Source: a virus | Reading direction: 5' to 3' (one strand) | Length of the DNA stretch: 64,000 bases | IMG/VR virus record: IMGVR_UViG_3300042691_025170 | Span: 1-64,000 of that record | Shown: positions 38,834 to 48,244 of the stretch, piece by piece | Numbering within the stretch: the stretch's first letter is position 1 | Layout: the number at the start of each line of letters is the position of its first letter | Notes under the pieces: generated by a model | What the model was told of the DNA's origin: nothing | Database searches by the model: none | What the model saw: the letters and a program-made list of their open reading frames with translations, nothing else | Position numbers and translations under genes: made by a program

Positions 38834-40054
38834 ATGAGATTTTGGGATACAGAAGAGGTTAAAGAAGAGTTTGACTTTGAAAAAAATAAAACAGAGTTTA
38901 TCCAAAACATGGATATGCTCGCTTCTATGTCAGTAGAGGAGCAAACTCTTTACAAGAAATGGTGTGAATGGAATTTGGATGTTCGTGCTAACATGAAAAA
39001 ACTCCCAATCATTCATTCTTATTATGACCAATTATGGAAACCAAAAGACTTGCAAGATAAGGAACAAACATTAAAAGAGATTGATGAATTGGAACCGTAT
39101 CTAGAAGTGGTTGAAGACGCAGCCGGTTCAAGTAAATGGAGTGATATTAGAAAGCTAATTCACACTATGGATTTTCAGGCTAATCCGGGTCGTAATGTTA
39201 AGTTTTATGTTAAAGACCGTGTGACTGAAAAAATACTTGGTCAGATATCATTTGGTTCGGATATTACATCATTGGCTGTTAGAGATGAATATATTGGCTG
39301 GAAAAAAGAAGATAAATTTGAAAACGGAAAATTAAATAACACAACTATTGCAACAACGATAGTATCTACACAACCTTTTGGTTACAACTTTCTTGGAGGT
39401 AAACTAGTAGCAGCACTGGCTACAGCACCGGAAGTCAGAGAATATTGGAAAAAGAAATATGGAAATATTCTTATAGCAGTTGGAACAACATCATTGTATG
39501 GTATCCATTCTCAGTATAATGGTATTCCTCATTTTAAAACATTAGGTGAATCAGCCGGCAAAATCAGTATAAAGCCTGAAGACAAATATTACGATGTATG
39601 GCATGCTTGGTTGAAAGAAAATCGCGAACAATGGTATCGTGAAAATATCAAGCAAGAGGTTGAAGTAGATGGTGTATATGTTTCGGCAAATGATAGGTCT
39701 GGTCCAGTTACTGGAATTAAACAACGTATACTGGATCGTATATTTAAAGAATTGGGAATCAAATCCGGAAAGTACAACCATGGATTCAAACGTGGTGTAT
39801 ACTTTGCGCAAATGTATGAAAATGGAAATGATTTCTTATGTGGTAAAATCACAGAAGACAAACTTGTTTTGAAAGAAAAATTCGCAGAAGGAAATTCATA
39901 TACTCTAAAATGGTGGAAGGAAAAAGCAAAACGCCGTTACATTAAATTGTTAGAAGAAGGTCGTATTAAGCCAGAGGTTCTATTTTATGCAGATGCTATT
40001 GGAATGACTTGGGAACAGATGAAAGAAAAATACTTGGGAGAAGTCGGAAGATAA
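38834..40054 (+). CDS. DUF4338 / Druantia DruA-like protein
   Basis: RDEYIGW, QPFGYNFLGGKLVAALA, TTSLYG..SQYN, LGESAG. Confidence 0.7.
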   Translation: MRFWDTEEVKEEFDFEKNKTEFIQNMDMLASMSVEEQTLYKKWCEWNLDVRANMKKLPIIHSYYDQLWKPKDLQDKEQTLKEIDELEPYLEVVEDAAGSSKWSDIRKLIHTMDFQANPGRNVKFYVKDRVTEKILGQISFGSDITSLAVRDEYIGWKKEDKFENGKLNNTTIATTIVSTQPFGYNFLGGKLVAALATAPEVREYWKKKYGNILIAVGTTSLYGIHSQYNGIPHFKTLGESAGKISIKPEDKYYDVWHAWLKENREQWYRENIKQEVEVDGVYVSANDRSGPVTGIKQRILDRIFKELGIKSGKYNHGFKRGVYFAQMYENGNDFLCGKITEDKLVLKEKFAEGNSYTLKWWKEKAKRRYIKLLEEGRIKPEVLFYADAIGMTWEQMKEKYLGEVGR

Positions 40055-40077
40055 CAATTTATTTCGTATATTCAGTT

Positions 40078-42633
40078 ATGTATCAAAATATTTTCTATGA
40101 AAGAGGTAGAAACCTCATCCACTTGTGGGATGACCAAAGTGGTTATACAACATTTCCGTATCGTAAATACGCATATCGTAAAGACCCATACGGACAATAT
40201 CGTTCAATGTATGGTGACAAGTTAGAACGAGTCAGTCGCTGGGAAAAGGATGAAGCTGAAGACCTTTTTGAGGCTGATGTTCCTGAGACAACTCGTGTTC
40301 TCGTTGATGTTTATGATTCAGACCTACCATCAAAGGGTCATACAGTTCTGACTTTTGATATTGAGGTTGAAATGATTACAGGCCTTCCTGATACAAAGGA
40401 AGCACAAAATGAAATTACAGCAATAGCTGCACATGATGACAGAAGTGGTCGCTATGAAGTTTTTGTTTTAGATAAACACAGAAAAGCAAAAAAGACTAAA
40501 AATAATTTTAGCAAGGATGGTCGTGTGGTCGAGGTTCACATTTTTGATAATGAGAGAAATCTTCTGTCATCCTTCATAAATTATTATGAAGGTGTAATGC
40601 CAACCATTCTAACAGGTTGGAACATTGACTTTTTTGACATACCCTATCTTTACAATCGTATCCGAAATGTATTAGGAGAAAACAATGCTAAGAGACTATC
40701 CACAATAGGACAAACTTATTGGTCTCCATATCGTGAAAGATGGAGTTTTGGTGGTGTTAGTATTCTTGATTATTTGAAATTATATAAGACTTACAATTAT
40801 GGTCTTGAAAGTAGTTACACATTGAATCATATTGCTACTAAAGAATTGAAGAGAGGTAAGATTGAATATTCAGGTAATCTTGATGAACTATTTGAGACAG
40901 ACCTTGAAAAGTTTATTGAGTATAACATTGTGGATGTGGAACTTGTTGTAGCAATGGACCAGAAGTTAAAATTTGTTGACCTCTGTAGAGCAATATGCCA
41001 CGCTGGCTTCGTTCCTTATGAAGACTATATGTTCTCATCCAAGTATCTTGAAGGTGCGTGCCTGGCTTATCTAAAGAAGAAAGGGATGGTAGCACCAAAC
41101 AAACCAAGAGACCGAAAGGAAAAGATGGCAGCTCTAAATGCTAGTGGTGATGAGAAATTCATCGGAGCATATGTGAAAGAACCGATTGTTGGAAAGTATG
41201 ATTGGATATATGACCTTGACCTAACATCACTTTATCCTTCAATCATTATGAGTCTTAACATCAGTCCCGAAACTAAAATCGGAAAGATTGATGGTTGGGA
41301 TCCAGAAGAATGGATTAAGAATATTGATAAGAATTACAAACTAAAAAGTAAAAGTGGAGATGAATATGAATACACTCGTCAAGAATTGGAAGAAGTTATC
41401 AGAGATGGTAACTTATCGGTGGCAGCAAATGGTGTCCTATACAATCAGGACTCTCCGGGTCTTATTGCCGATATTTTAAGTACATGGTTTGACCAAAGAG
41501 TTGAGTTCCGAAAATTAGAAAAGAAATATGGTGAAGCGGGAGATAAAGAGAATTACGAATTCTATGCGAAGAGGCAGTTGGTTCAAAAGATTCTTCTTAA
41601 TAGTATGTATGGTGTTCTTGGTCTTCCTGCCTTTCGGTTTTATGATATTGATAATGCAGAGGCGGTCACTATTACTGGTCAGATTATTATTAAGAAGACT
41701 GCGGAAATGGCGAACATGAAATATTGGAAAGAGTTGGGTAACAAAAATGATTATAATGTCTATATTGATACAGACTCAATCTATATGCAAGCAGAACCAT
41801 TAGTTAAGCATCGTTTCCCTGAATACAAAACATTTGACCAAGAAAGAATGGCACAAGAGGTAAACACCATTGCAGAGGAAACTCAATCATTTCTTAATAA
41901 GTTCTATGACATCTTTGCCGAACGATTCTTTTTCATTCCAACTGGTAAGCATCGTTTTGAAATCAAAAAGGAGTACATCAGTAAAGCAGGTTTTTGGTTG
42001 GCAAAGAAACGATATGCTCAATGGATGATTTTAAAGAATGGTATTCCGTGTGACAAACTTGATGTGAAGGGTCTTGATGTGGTAAGGTCATCATTTCCAA
42101 AGGCATTCCAAGACTTCATGGCAAAGATGTTGAAAGATATTCTAATGAACAAATCGGCAGACGATATCGGAGCAGACTTAATATCTTTCAAAACTAACCT
42201 TCCAAATCTTCCGATTTCAAAAATCGCAAAGGGTGGGGCTATCAAAGAACTTAGTAAGTACGATGATGGTAAGTGGAAGCCGGGTATTCCGATTTCAAGT
42301 TATGAAAAAGGAACACCTGCCCATGTCAAAGCCGGAATCGCATATAATCGTCTTCTGAAATTCTTCAATTGTCCTTTCAAACACGAACCGATTCGTGATG
42401 GTGACAAAGTGAAATGGGTTTATCTAAGGTCTAATCCACTTGGACTTGAGGGGTTAGCATTCCGTGATTACAATGACCCGAAAGAGATAATGGATTTCAT
42501 CACTCAATACATAGACCGAGATGAAATCTATGAATCGGAGTTGGAGAATAAAATCGTAGACTTCTATACAGCATTGGGTTGGGATAAACCTACTTTGGAA
42601 ACACAGACAGCCAAGAAGTTCTTTTCATTTTGA
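40078..42633 (+). CDS. polB: Family B DNA polymerase (T4 gp43-like)
   Basis: Exonuclease motifs FDIE, GWNIDFFDIPY, YNIVDV; polymerase motifs DLTSLYPS, KILLNSMYG, YIDTDS, KKRY. Confidence 0.96.
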   Translation: MYQNIFYERGRNLIHLWDDQSGYTTFPYRKYAYRKDPYGQYRSMYGDKLERVSRWEKDEAEDLFEADVPETTRVLVDVYDSDLPSKGHTVLTFDIEVEMITGLPDTKEAQNEITAIAAHDDRSGRYEVFVLDKHRKAKKTKNNFSKDGRVVEVHIFDNERNLLSSFINYYEGVMPTILTGWNIDFFDIPYLYNRIRNVLGENNAKRLSTIGQTYWSPYRERWSFGGVSILDYLKLYKTYNYGLESSYTLNHIATKELKRGKIEYSGNLDELFETDLEKFIEYNIVDVELVVAMDQKLKFVDLCRAICHAGFVPYEDYMFSSKYLEGACLAYLKKKGMVAPNKPRDRKEKMAALNASGDEKFIGAYVKEPIVGKYDWIYDLDLTSLYPSIIMSLNISPETKIGKIDGWDPEEWIKNIDKNYKLKSKSGDEYEYTRQELEEVIRDGNLSVAANGVLYNQDSPGLIADILSTWFDQRVEFRKLEKKYGEAGDKENYEFYAKRQLVQKILLNSMYGVLGLPAFRFYDIDNAEAVTITGQIIIKKTAEMANMKYWKELGNKNDYNVYIDTDSIYMQAEPLVKHRFPEYKTFDQERMAQEVNTIAEETQSFLNKFYDIFAERFFFIPTGKHRFEIKKEYISKAGFWLAKKRYAQWMILKNGIPCDKLDVKGLDVVRSSFPKAFQDFMAKMLKDILMNKSADDIGADLISFKTNLPNLPISKIAKGGAIKELSKYDDGKWKPGIPISSYEKGTPAHVKAGIAYNRLLKFFNCPFKHEPIRDGDKVKWVYLRSNPLGLEGLAFRDYNDPKEIMDFITQYIDRDEIYESELENKIVDFYTALGWDKPTLETQTAKKFFSF

Positions 42634-42684
42634 AAACACAAATAAATTCACTATATTTACAAACTAAAACTTAAAAACAAAACT

Positions 42685-43398
42685 ATGAACAAAAACAATT
42701 TACTCAAATTCATTCAGAAATATTCACTTGGTGGACTGATTGAGTCCGTGGTATGGAAAGCAGAAAAATCAACACTTGGTGTCCGTTTCATTTCAGATGA
42801 CAAGACTCTACTCGGTGAGGTTGAATTTAATGCTTATACTGACCAACCATTTAATGTTGGAATTTATACAACGTCACTATTTAAGAATATGATTTCTGTA
42901 TTGGATAATGATTTGTCACTTAAAGTTGAAACAGCAGGTGACAAAGCTGTTAGTCTTAAAGTTTCATCGGAAGAGACTGAAACTTCGTATCAGTTAGCAG
43001 ATACTAGCGTTATTCCATCTGTGCCTGATTTAAAAAAACTACCCAACTTTAATGTTGAAATTGAAATGACATCTGCTATGGTGGATAAATTCATTAAAGC
43101 AAAAGGAGCATTGAGTGACATTGATACATTTACTGTTTTCACAGAGAAAGGTGATTTGAAAATGGCCATCGGTTATTCTTCAATTTCTACAAACAGAATT
43201 ACATTCACTTGTAAGAAAGACTTTACAACTGACATTAAACCTATTTCGTTTTCAGCAAAATATTTGAAAGAGGTTCTTACTGCAAATAAAGAAGCAACAG
43301 CAGCTAAACTTCTCGTGTCAAGTGATGGTCTATGTCATGTTCAATTCCAAGTTGATGACTTTGTTTCAAAGTATTATCTTGTAGAAATTTCTAACTAA
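42685..43398 (+). CDS. Sliding clamp (gp45/PCNA-like)
   Basis: 237 aa, clamp-like FSAKYLKEVL and C-terminal YYLV; lies between PolB and the clamp loader. Confidence 0.75.
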   Translation: MNKNNLLKFIQKYSLGGLIESVVWKAEKSTLGVRFISDDKTLLGEVEFNAYTDQPFNVGIYTTSLFKNMISVLDNDLSLKVETAGDKAVSLKVSSEETETSYQLADTSVIPSVPDLKKLPNFNVEIEMTSAMVDKFIKAKGALSDIDTFTVFTEKGDLKMAIGYSSISTNRITFTCKKDFTTDIKPISFSAKYLKEVLTANKEATAAKLLVSSDGLCHVQFQVDDFVSKYYLVEISN

Positions 43399-43399
43399 T

Positions 43400-43654
43400 A
43401 TGCAAGAAGAAAATTTACAACCAGAGAAAAAATATTTCAATAGAGCAGAGTGGTGTTTTCAATTTTTTGATGGAGATGTAGTACCTTTTGCTTATAGTAA
43501 GGAAGATGGTGACAAGTATCCTTTGACAATAGAAGTACATCCAATAGAAGGTGATGCTGTAACCTTTACATATAAAGGAATGGAATTCAAAATTTTTGCT
43601 AGGGAAATGAGTGAGGAATCAAAAGAAAAACTTAAGAATGAAGGTAAGAATTAA
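43400..43654 (+). CDS. Hypothetical protein
   Basis: 84-aa ORF within the operon. Confidence 0.55.
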   Translation: MQEENLQPEKKYFNRAEWCFQFFDGDVVPFAYSKEDGDKYPLTIEVHPIEGDAVTFTYKGMEFKIFAREMSEESKEKLKNEGKN

Positions 43655-44060
43655 ACGAATGCACTCCTCGGCAATTATACCTAATTATGCTAAGATAGGA
43701 GATGCAGCAATAGACTTAACGGTAACATCAATGAAAGATGAAGCATTTCAAGTTACATATGGATTTGGATGGGCAGTGGAAATACCAGAGGGTCATGTTG
43801 GACTAATTTTCCCAAGGTCATCTGTAAAAAATACCGATATTGTTTTGTCAAATTCGGTTGGTGTGATTGACAGTGGTTATCGTGGAGAAATTATGGCTGT
43901 ATTTAAAAAACTCGCAGGTAGTGTCTCAAAAAAATACTACATTGGAGACAGAGCAGCTCAGTTAATTATCATACCATATCCTCAACTTGAATTCCAAGTG
44001 ACAGATGAATTGTCTGAAACCGAAAGAGGAACGGGTGGATTTGGAAGTACAGGAAATTAA
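43638..44060 (+). CDS. dut: Trimeric dUTPase
   Basis: AAIDL, PRSS, GVIDSGYRGEI, AQL, RGTGGFGSTG. Confidence 0.96.
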   Translation: MKVRIKRMHSSAIIPNYAKIGDAAIDLTVTSMKDEAFQVTYGFGWAVEIPEGHVGLIFPRSSVKNTDIVLSNSVGVIDSGYRGEIMAVFKKLAGSVSKKYYIGDRAAQLIIIPYPQLEFQVTDELSETERGTGGFGSTGN

Positions 44061-44074
44061 TAGTATATTACAAC

Positions 44075-45022
44075 ATGAGTATTTTTGAAAACGATATAAA
44101 TAAAAGAGAGCATAGTTTGTGGGTTGAAAAATATCGCCCACAAACTCTAGCTGATTATGTTGGAAATGAAACCGTAAAGGAAACAATCCAACAATACCTT
44201 GAAACAAATGATATTCCTCATTTGCTTTTCTATGGTAAAGCGGGAACGGGTAAAACCACTCTTGCAAAACTGATTGTCAACACCATCAAGTGCGATTGGA
44301 TGATACTGAACGCATCGGACGAAAATAATGTTGATACGGTTCGGACGAAAGTAAAGAACTTCGCATCATCAGTAGGTTTCGCAGGTTTTAAAGTGATTAT
44401 ACTTGATGAGTTTGATTACATGACACCAAACGCACAGGCAATCCTTCGTAACTTGATGGAGACATTCAGTAAACATTGTAGGTTTATTTTGACTTGTAAT
44501 TATATTGAGAAGATTATTGACCCGATTCAGAGTCGTTGTCAGAGTTTCGCAATCACTCCACCAACTAAAAAAGATGTGGCAATTCAAGTTGCAAAAATTC
44601 TTGATACCGAAGGTGTAAAGTATGACATCAAAAATGTAGCAGACATTATCACATCTTACTATCCTGATATTCGTAGAGTTATTAATACTTGTCAACTACA
44701 GTCCGTTAAAGGTGAGTTGAAAGTGGACAAACAAATAATGGTTGAATCGGATTTCAAAACTAAACTATTAGAATTACTCAAAGCAAAAGATGACAAGAGG
44801 AATACATTTCTGAACATTCGTCAAGCAGTTGCTGACAACAAGTTGAATGATTACTCGGAGATGTATACAATGCTTTACGACAAAGTTGATGAGTACGCTA
44901 CAGGCAATACCGCAAATGTGATTCTAACGATTGCAGATGGTGTGAGTAAAGATGCACTTGTAGTTGACAAAGAAATAGTATTCATGGCAACAATTATTCA
45001 AATTTTAAACATAATAAAATGA
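44075..45022 (+). CDS. Clamp loader AAA+ subunit (gp44/RFC-like)
   Basis: WVEKYRP, GKAGTGKTT, NASDE, ILDEFD, SRC. Confidence 0.95.
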   Translation: MSIFENDINKREHSLWVEKYRPQTLADYVGNETVKETIQQYLETNDIPHLLFYGKAGTGKTTLAKLIVNTIKCDWMILNASDENNVDTVRTKVKNFASSVGFAGFKVIILDEFDYMTPNAQAILRNLMETFSKHCRFILTCNYIEKIIDPIQSRCQSFAITPPTKKDVAIQVAKILDTEGVKYDIKNVADIITSYYPDIRRVINTCQLQSVKGELKVDKQIMVESDFKTKLLELLKAKDDKRNTFLNIRQAVADNKLNDYSEMYTMLYDKVDEYATGNTANVILTIADGVSKDALVVDKEIVFMATIIQILNIIK

Positions 45023-45309
45023 CAAACGAACAACCAAATAAAACAGACTTTCAAGCAAAAGGTATTTCCTTAAAAGATGCTAGAGACATGGCGTGTGATT
45101 GTGGAAATGTAATCTTTATGCCGGGATATAGGTTTAAAAAAGTATCAAGGTTACTAACAGGTGCACCAAAAGATTCATTAGTACCTATTGAATTATATTT
45201 GTGTACATCATGTGGTAAACCTCTTCAAGAACTTTTACCGGAAGAGTTAAAAGGAAAACAAACACCAGAACCACCAAAAACATCCCTGATTCAAGACCCA
45301 AATGGCTAA
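45019..45309 (+). CDS. Small zinc-ribbon protein
   Basis: CDCG...CTSCG. Confidence 0.6.
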   Translation: MTNEQPNKTDFQAKGISLKDARDMACDCGNVIFMPGYRFKKVSRLLTGAPKDSLVPIELYLCTSCGKPLQELLPEELKGKQTPEPPKTSLIQDPNG

Positions 45310-45751
45310 GAAATTATTTGACCATCTAAATGCGATAACCGCTGAGCAAGACCCAAAGTATTTTGACAAGTTATCAGAGGAAGATGTAAAGAGTTGGAGC
45401 AACTTTATGATTAATCGTTTCCTATCTATGAAAATAGAATGGATTGAATTGATTGCAGAGTTTCTCCCACTCTCTCAAACTCTTTCACCAAAAGAATTAT
45501 ACAAACTATATATTGGTGTTATTCCAAAAGGTAGGCACTATACTAAATATATTAAAGGTAGAGGTGACGAAAAATATGAGGAGTTCCTCTTGGACTTGAT
45601 TAAGAAAGATTACCTATGTTCAGAGAAAGAAGCAAAGGAATACGCAGAAATACTTTATGCAACTCGTGATGGTAGAGAATGGATGAGAGACCTTTGTGAA
45701 AGATATGGTGTACATAAAAAAGAGATTACAAAACTAAAACTTAAACTATAA
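45302..45751 (+). CDS. Clamp loader small subunit (gp62-like)
   Basis: LFDHLNAI, FMINRFLSM, YIK motifs; lies near the gp44-like gene. Confidence 0.65.
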   Translation: MAKKLFDHLNAITAEQDPKYFDKLSEEDVKSWSNFMINRFLSMKIEWIELIAEFLPLSQTLSPKELYKLYIGVIPKGRHYTKYIKGRGDEKYEEFLLDLIKKDYLCSEKEAKEYAEILYATRDGREWMRDLCERYGVHKKEITKLKLKL

Positions 45752-46611
45752 TGGGCAGAGTCTCATTCTCACAATATTCGATGTGGAGCACTTGCCCATA
45801 TCAGTATAAGTTAGCTTACGTAGATAATCTTTCGGAGTCATCTTCAAACATTCATAGTGTTTTTGGTAGTGCAATGCACGAAACACTCCAACAATATCTT
45901 GACATATGTCTACGTGTTTCCAAATCACAAGCAGACAAAACTTTCTTTCCAAAAGAGGTTCTGAAAAATAAGATGAGAGAGATATACCTCAAGGAGTCCG
46001 ATGGTGGTAAGAATCAAATATGTACAAAGGAAGAACTTGTAGAGTTTTTAGAAGATGGTAATCTAATTATAGATTATTTTCAAAAGTCAAAAAATTTCAA
46101 TAAATTTTTTACTCTTAAAGAAGATGAAATAATTGCTATTGAACAACCAATAAACACCAAGATAGCTGATAATGTAAACTTTTTGGGATTTATAGATTTG
46201 GTAGTTAGAAACAATTATTACAATCGTTATCGTATCATAGACTTCAAAACATCAACCAAAGGATGGAGTGATTATCAGAAAAAAGATCCTGTAAAAAATG
46301 CACAAATACTTCTTTATAAAAAGTTTTATGCAGAACTACTTAGTATATCCGAAGAGCAAATAGATGTTGAGTTTATAATTCTGAAAAGAAAAATAAATGA
46401 AAATGTAGAATATCCACCACCAAGAATATCAAAACACATTCCTGCAAATGGTAAGCCATCTATAAATAAAGCTTGGGCTGGATTTAAGGGATTTGTTGAT
46501 GAGGTATTTGATAAGGATGGTAATTACAAAACTGATATTGTATTTGCCAAGAAACCATCAAAACTTTGTGAATGGTGTGAATTTTATGGTAAATACTGTG
46601 ATGGAAAATAA
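45751..46611 (+). CDS. PD-(D/E)XK nuclease, Cas4/RecB-like with four Cys
   Basis: CPYQY, FGSAMHE, GFIDLV, IIDFKTS, Q..LY, CEWCEF...C. Confidence 0.85.
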   Translation: MGRVSFSQYSMWSTCPYQYKLAYVDNLSESSSNIHSVFGSAMHETLQQYLDICLRVSKSQADKTFFPKEVLKNKMREIYLKESDGGKNQICTKEELVEFLEDGNLIIDYFQKSKNFNKFFTLKEDEIIAIEQPINTKIADNVNFLGFIDLVVRNNYYNRYRIIDFKTSTKGWSDYQKKDPVKNAQILLYKKFYAELLSISEEQIDVEFIILKRKINENVEYPPPRISKHIPANGKPSINKAWAGFKGFVDEVFDKDGNYKTDIVFAKKPSKLCEWCEFYGKYCDGK

Positions 46612-46651
46612 ATTTGTATATACTTATATATGTAAATAAAATATATAGGTT

Positions 46652-46855
46652 ATGGCAAATTCAGAAAATACAAAACTTACAACCGTTAAAATACTAAAAG
46701 GTGTCTACGCTTCTTTTAAGAAGATTTCAATAGACACGGAAATAAATTTACAAAAGGTTGTAAATAGAAGTTTAAATTTGTATATTACAGATGAACTTTT
46801 TAGAAACAAAGTTGATAAACATATAGAACTTCAAGTAAGTGGTTCACAATTTTAA
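46652..46855 (+). CDS. Small ribbon-helix-helix-like protein
   Basis: KLTTVKI strand followed by two helices (LQKVVNRSLNLY). Confidence 0.5.
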   Translation: MANSENTKLTTVKILKGVYASFKKISIDTEINLQKVVNRSLNLYITDELFRNKVDKHIELQVSGSQF

Positions 46856-46864
46856 AAATTATTT

Positions 46865-48244
46865 ATGGCAAAGAAAAAGATATTATTACTATCAGATGAT
46901 TTAAGAATGAGTAGTGGTGTTGCCACAGTATCACGTCAATTAGTTTTAGGAACAGTTCACAAATATGATTGGGTTCAGTTGGGAGCAGCTATAAAACATC
47001 CAGAAGTTGGTAAAGTATTTGACCTATCGGAAGATATTAGAAATAGAACCGATGTTAAAGATGCTAATGTAAAAGTTATTCCATTTGATGGATATGGGAA
47101 TGCTGATATTATACGTCAGATACTTATGATGGAAAAACCAGATGCAATACTACATTTTACAGACCCAAGATATTGGATATGGTTGTATGATATAGAACAT
47201 GAAATCCGCCAGTCAGTTCCATTGCTGTTTTATCATATTTGGGATGACCTACCAGATCCTAAATACAACCGTGAGTATTATGAAAGTTGTGACTGGATTG
47301 GATGTATTTCTAAACAAACTTATGGTATCACCAAACGTGTTTGGAATTGGGATAAAGAACCACATTGGACGCATCCAAAAGATTGGCAGCTTAGTTATGT
47401 ACCACATGGAATAGATTCAAAAACATATACACCATGTATAGTTCCTGATGATTTTAGAAAACATATATTAGGTGAAAAAGAATACGATTTTGTTTTGTTT
47501 TGGAACAATAGAAATATTAGGAGAAAACAACCCATAGAAACTATATTAGCTTTCGATGAATTTAGAAAGTCTCTTCCAAAAGATAAGCAAGACAAGGTAT
47601 GTTATTTGATGCATACAGAACCAATTGATGAAAATGGTACTGATTTGATAACTGTTAAAAATCACTTAGCTCCAGATTCAAATATTATATTCACCAAAGG
47701 TCGTTGTACAGACGAACAGGTTGGTTGGTTGTACAATCTTGCAGATGTTACAATAAATGTAGCCTCCAATGAAGGATTTGGATTAGCAACTGCTGAAAGT
47801 ATAATGTCAGGTACACCAGTTATAGTAAATGTTACAGGTGGTTTACAAGACCAATGTGGTTTTAAAGATAAGCAAACTGGTAAATTTTTTACAGAAGAAG
47901 ATTACGTAAATATTGGTTCTTTACATAAACGTGATTGGAAAGACAAATTAACTTGGGGAGAATGGGTAAAGCCAATATGGCCAGTTCGATCAGCTGTTGG
48001 TTCTGTACCGACTCCGTACATATTTGATGACAGAGTTGATTACGAAGACATAGTACCACTAATTAAAGAATGGTATGATACGCCTAAGGAGAAAAGAAAA
48101 GAATTCGGCTTGATGGGTAGAGAATGGATGCTTAATGATGGAAAATTAAACAAACAATATATGTGTCAATCTTTGATAGATGGAATAGAGACTACTTTTA
48201 AAAATTGGAAACCACGTAAAAAATATTCACTAATAAAGTTATGA
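46865..48244 (+). CDS. GT4-like glycosyltransferase
   Basis: SGVATVS, YVPHGID, NRNIRRKQ, SNEGFGLATAES..SGTPVI. Confidence 0.9.
   Translation: MAKKKILLLSDDLRMSSGVATVSRQLVLGTVHKYDWVQLGAAIKHPEVGKVFDLSEDIRNRTDVKDANVKVIPFDGYGNADIIRQILMMEKPDAILHFTDPRYWIWLYDIEHEIRQSVPLLFYHIWDDLPDPKYNREYYESCDWIGCISKQTYGITKRVWNWDKEPHWTHPKDWQLSYVPHGIDSKTYTPCIVPDDFRKHILGEKEYDFVLFWNNRNIRRKQPIETILAFDEFRKSLPKDKQDKVCYLMHTEPIDENGTDLITVKNHLAPDSNIIFTKGRCTDEQVGWLYNLADVTINVASNEGFGLATAESIMSGTPVIVNVTGGLQDQCGFKDKQTGKFFTEEDYVNIGSLHKRDWKDKLTWGEWVKPIWPVRSAVGSVPTPYIFDDRVDYEDIVPLIKEWYDTPKEKRKEFGLMGREWMLNDGKLNKQYMCQSLIDGIETTFKNWKPRKKYSLIKL

Noticed and set aside
38834-40054. Complete Druantia defence system
   Set aside because: No DruE helicase or other dru genes are in the window.
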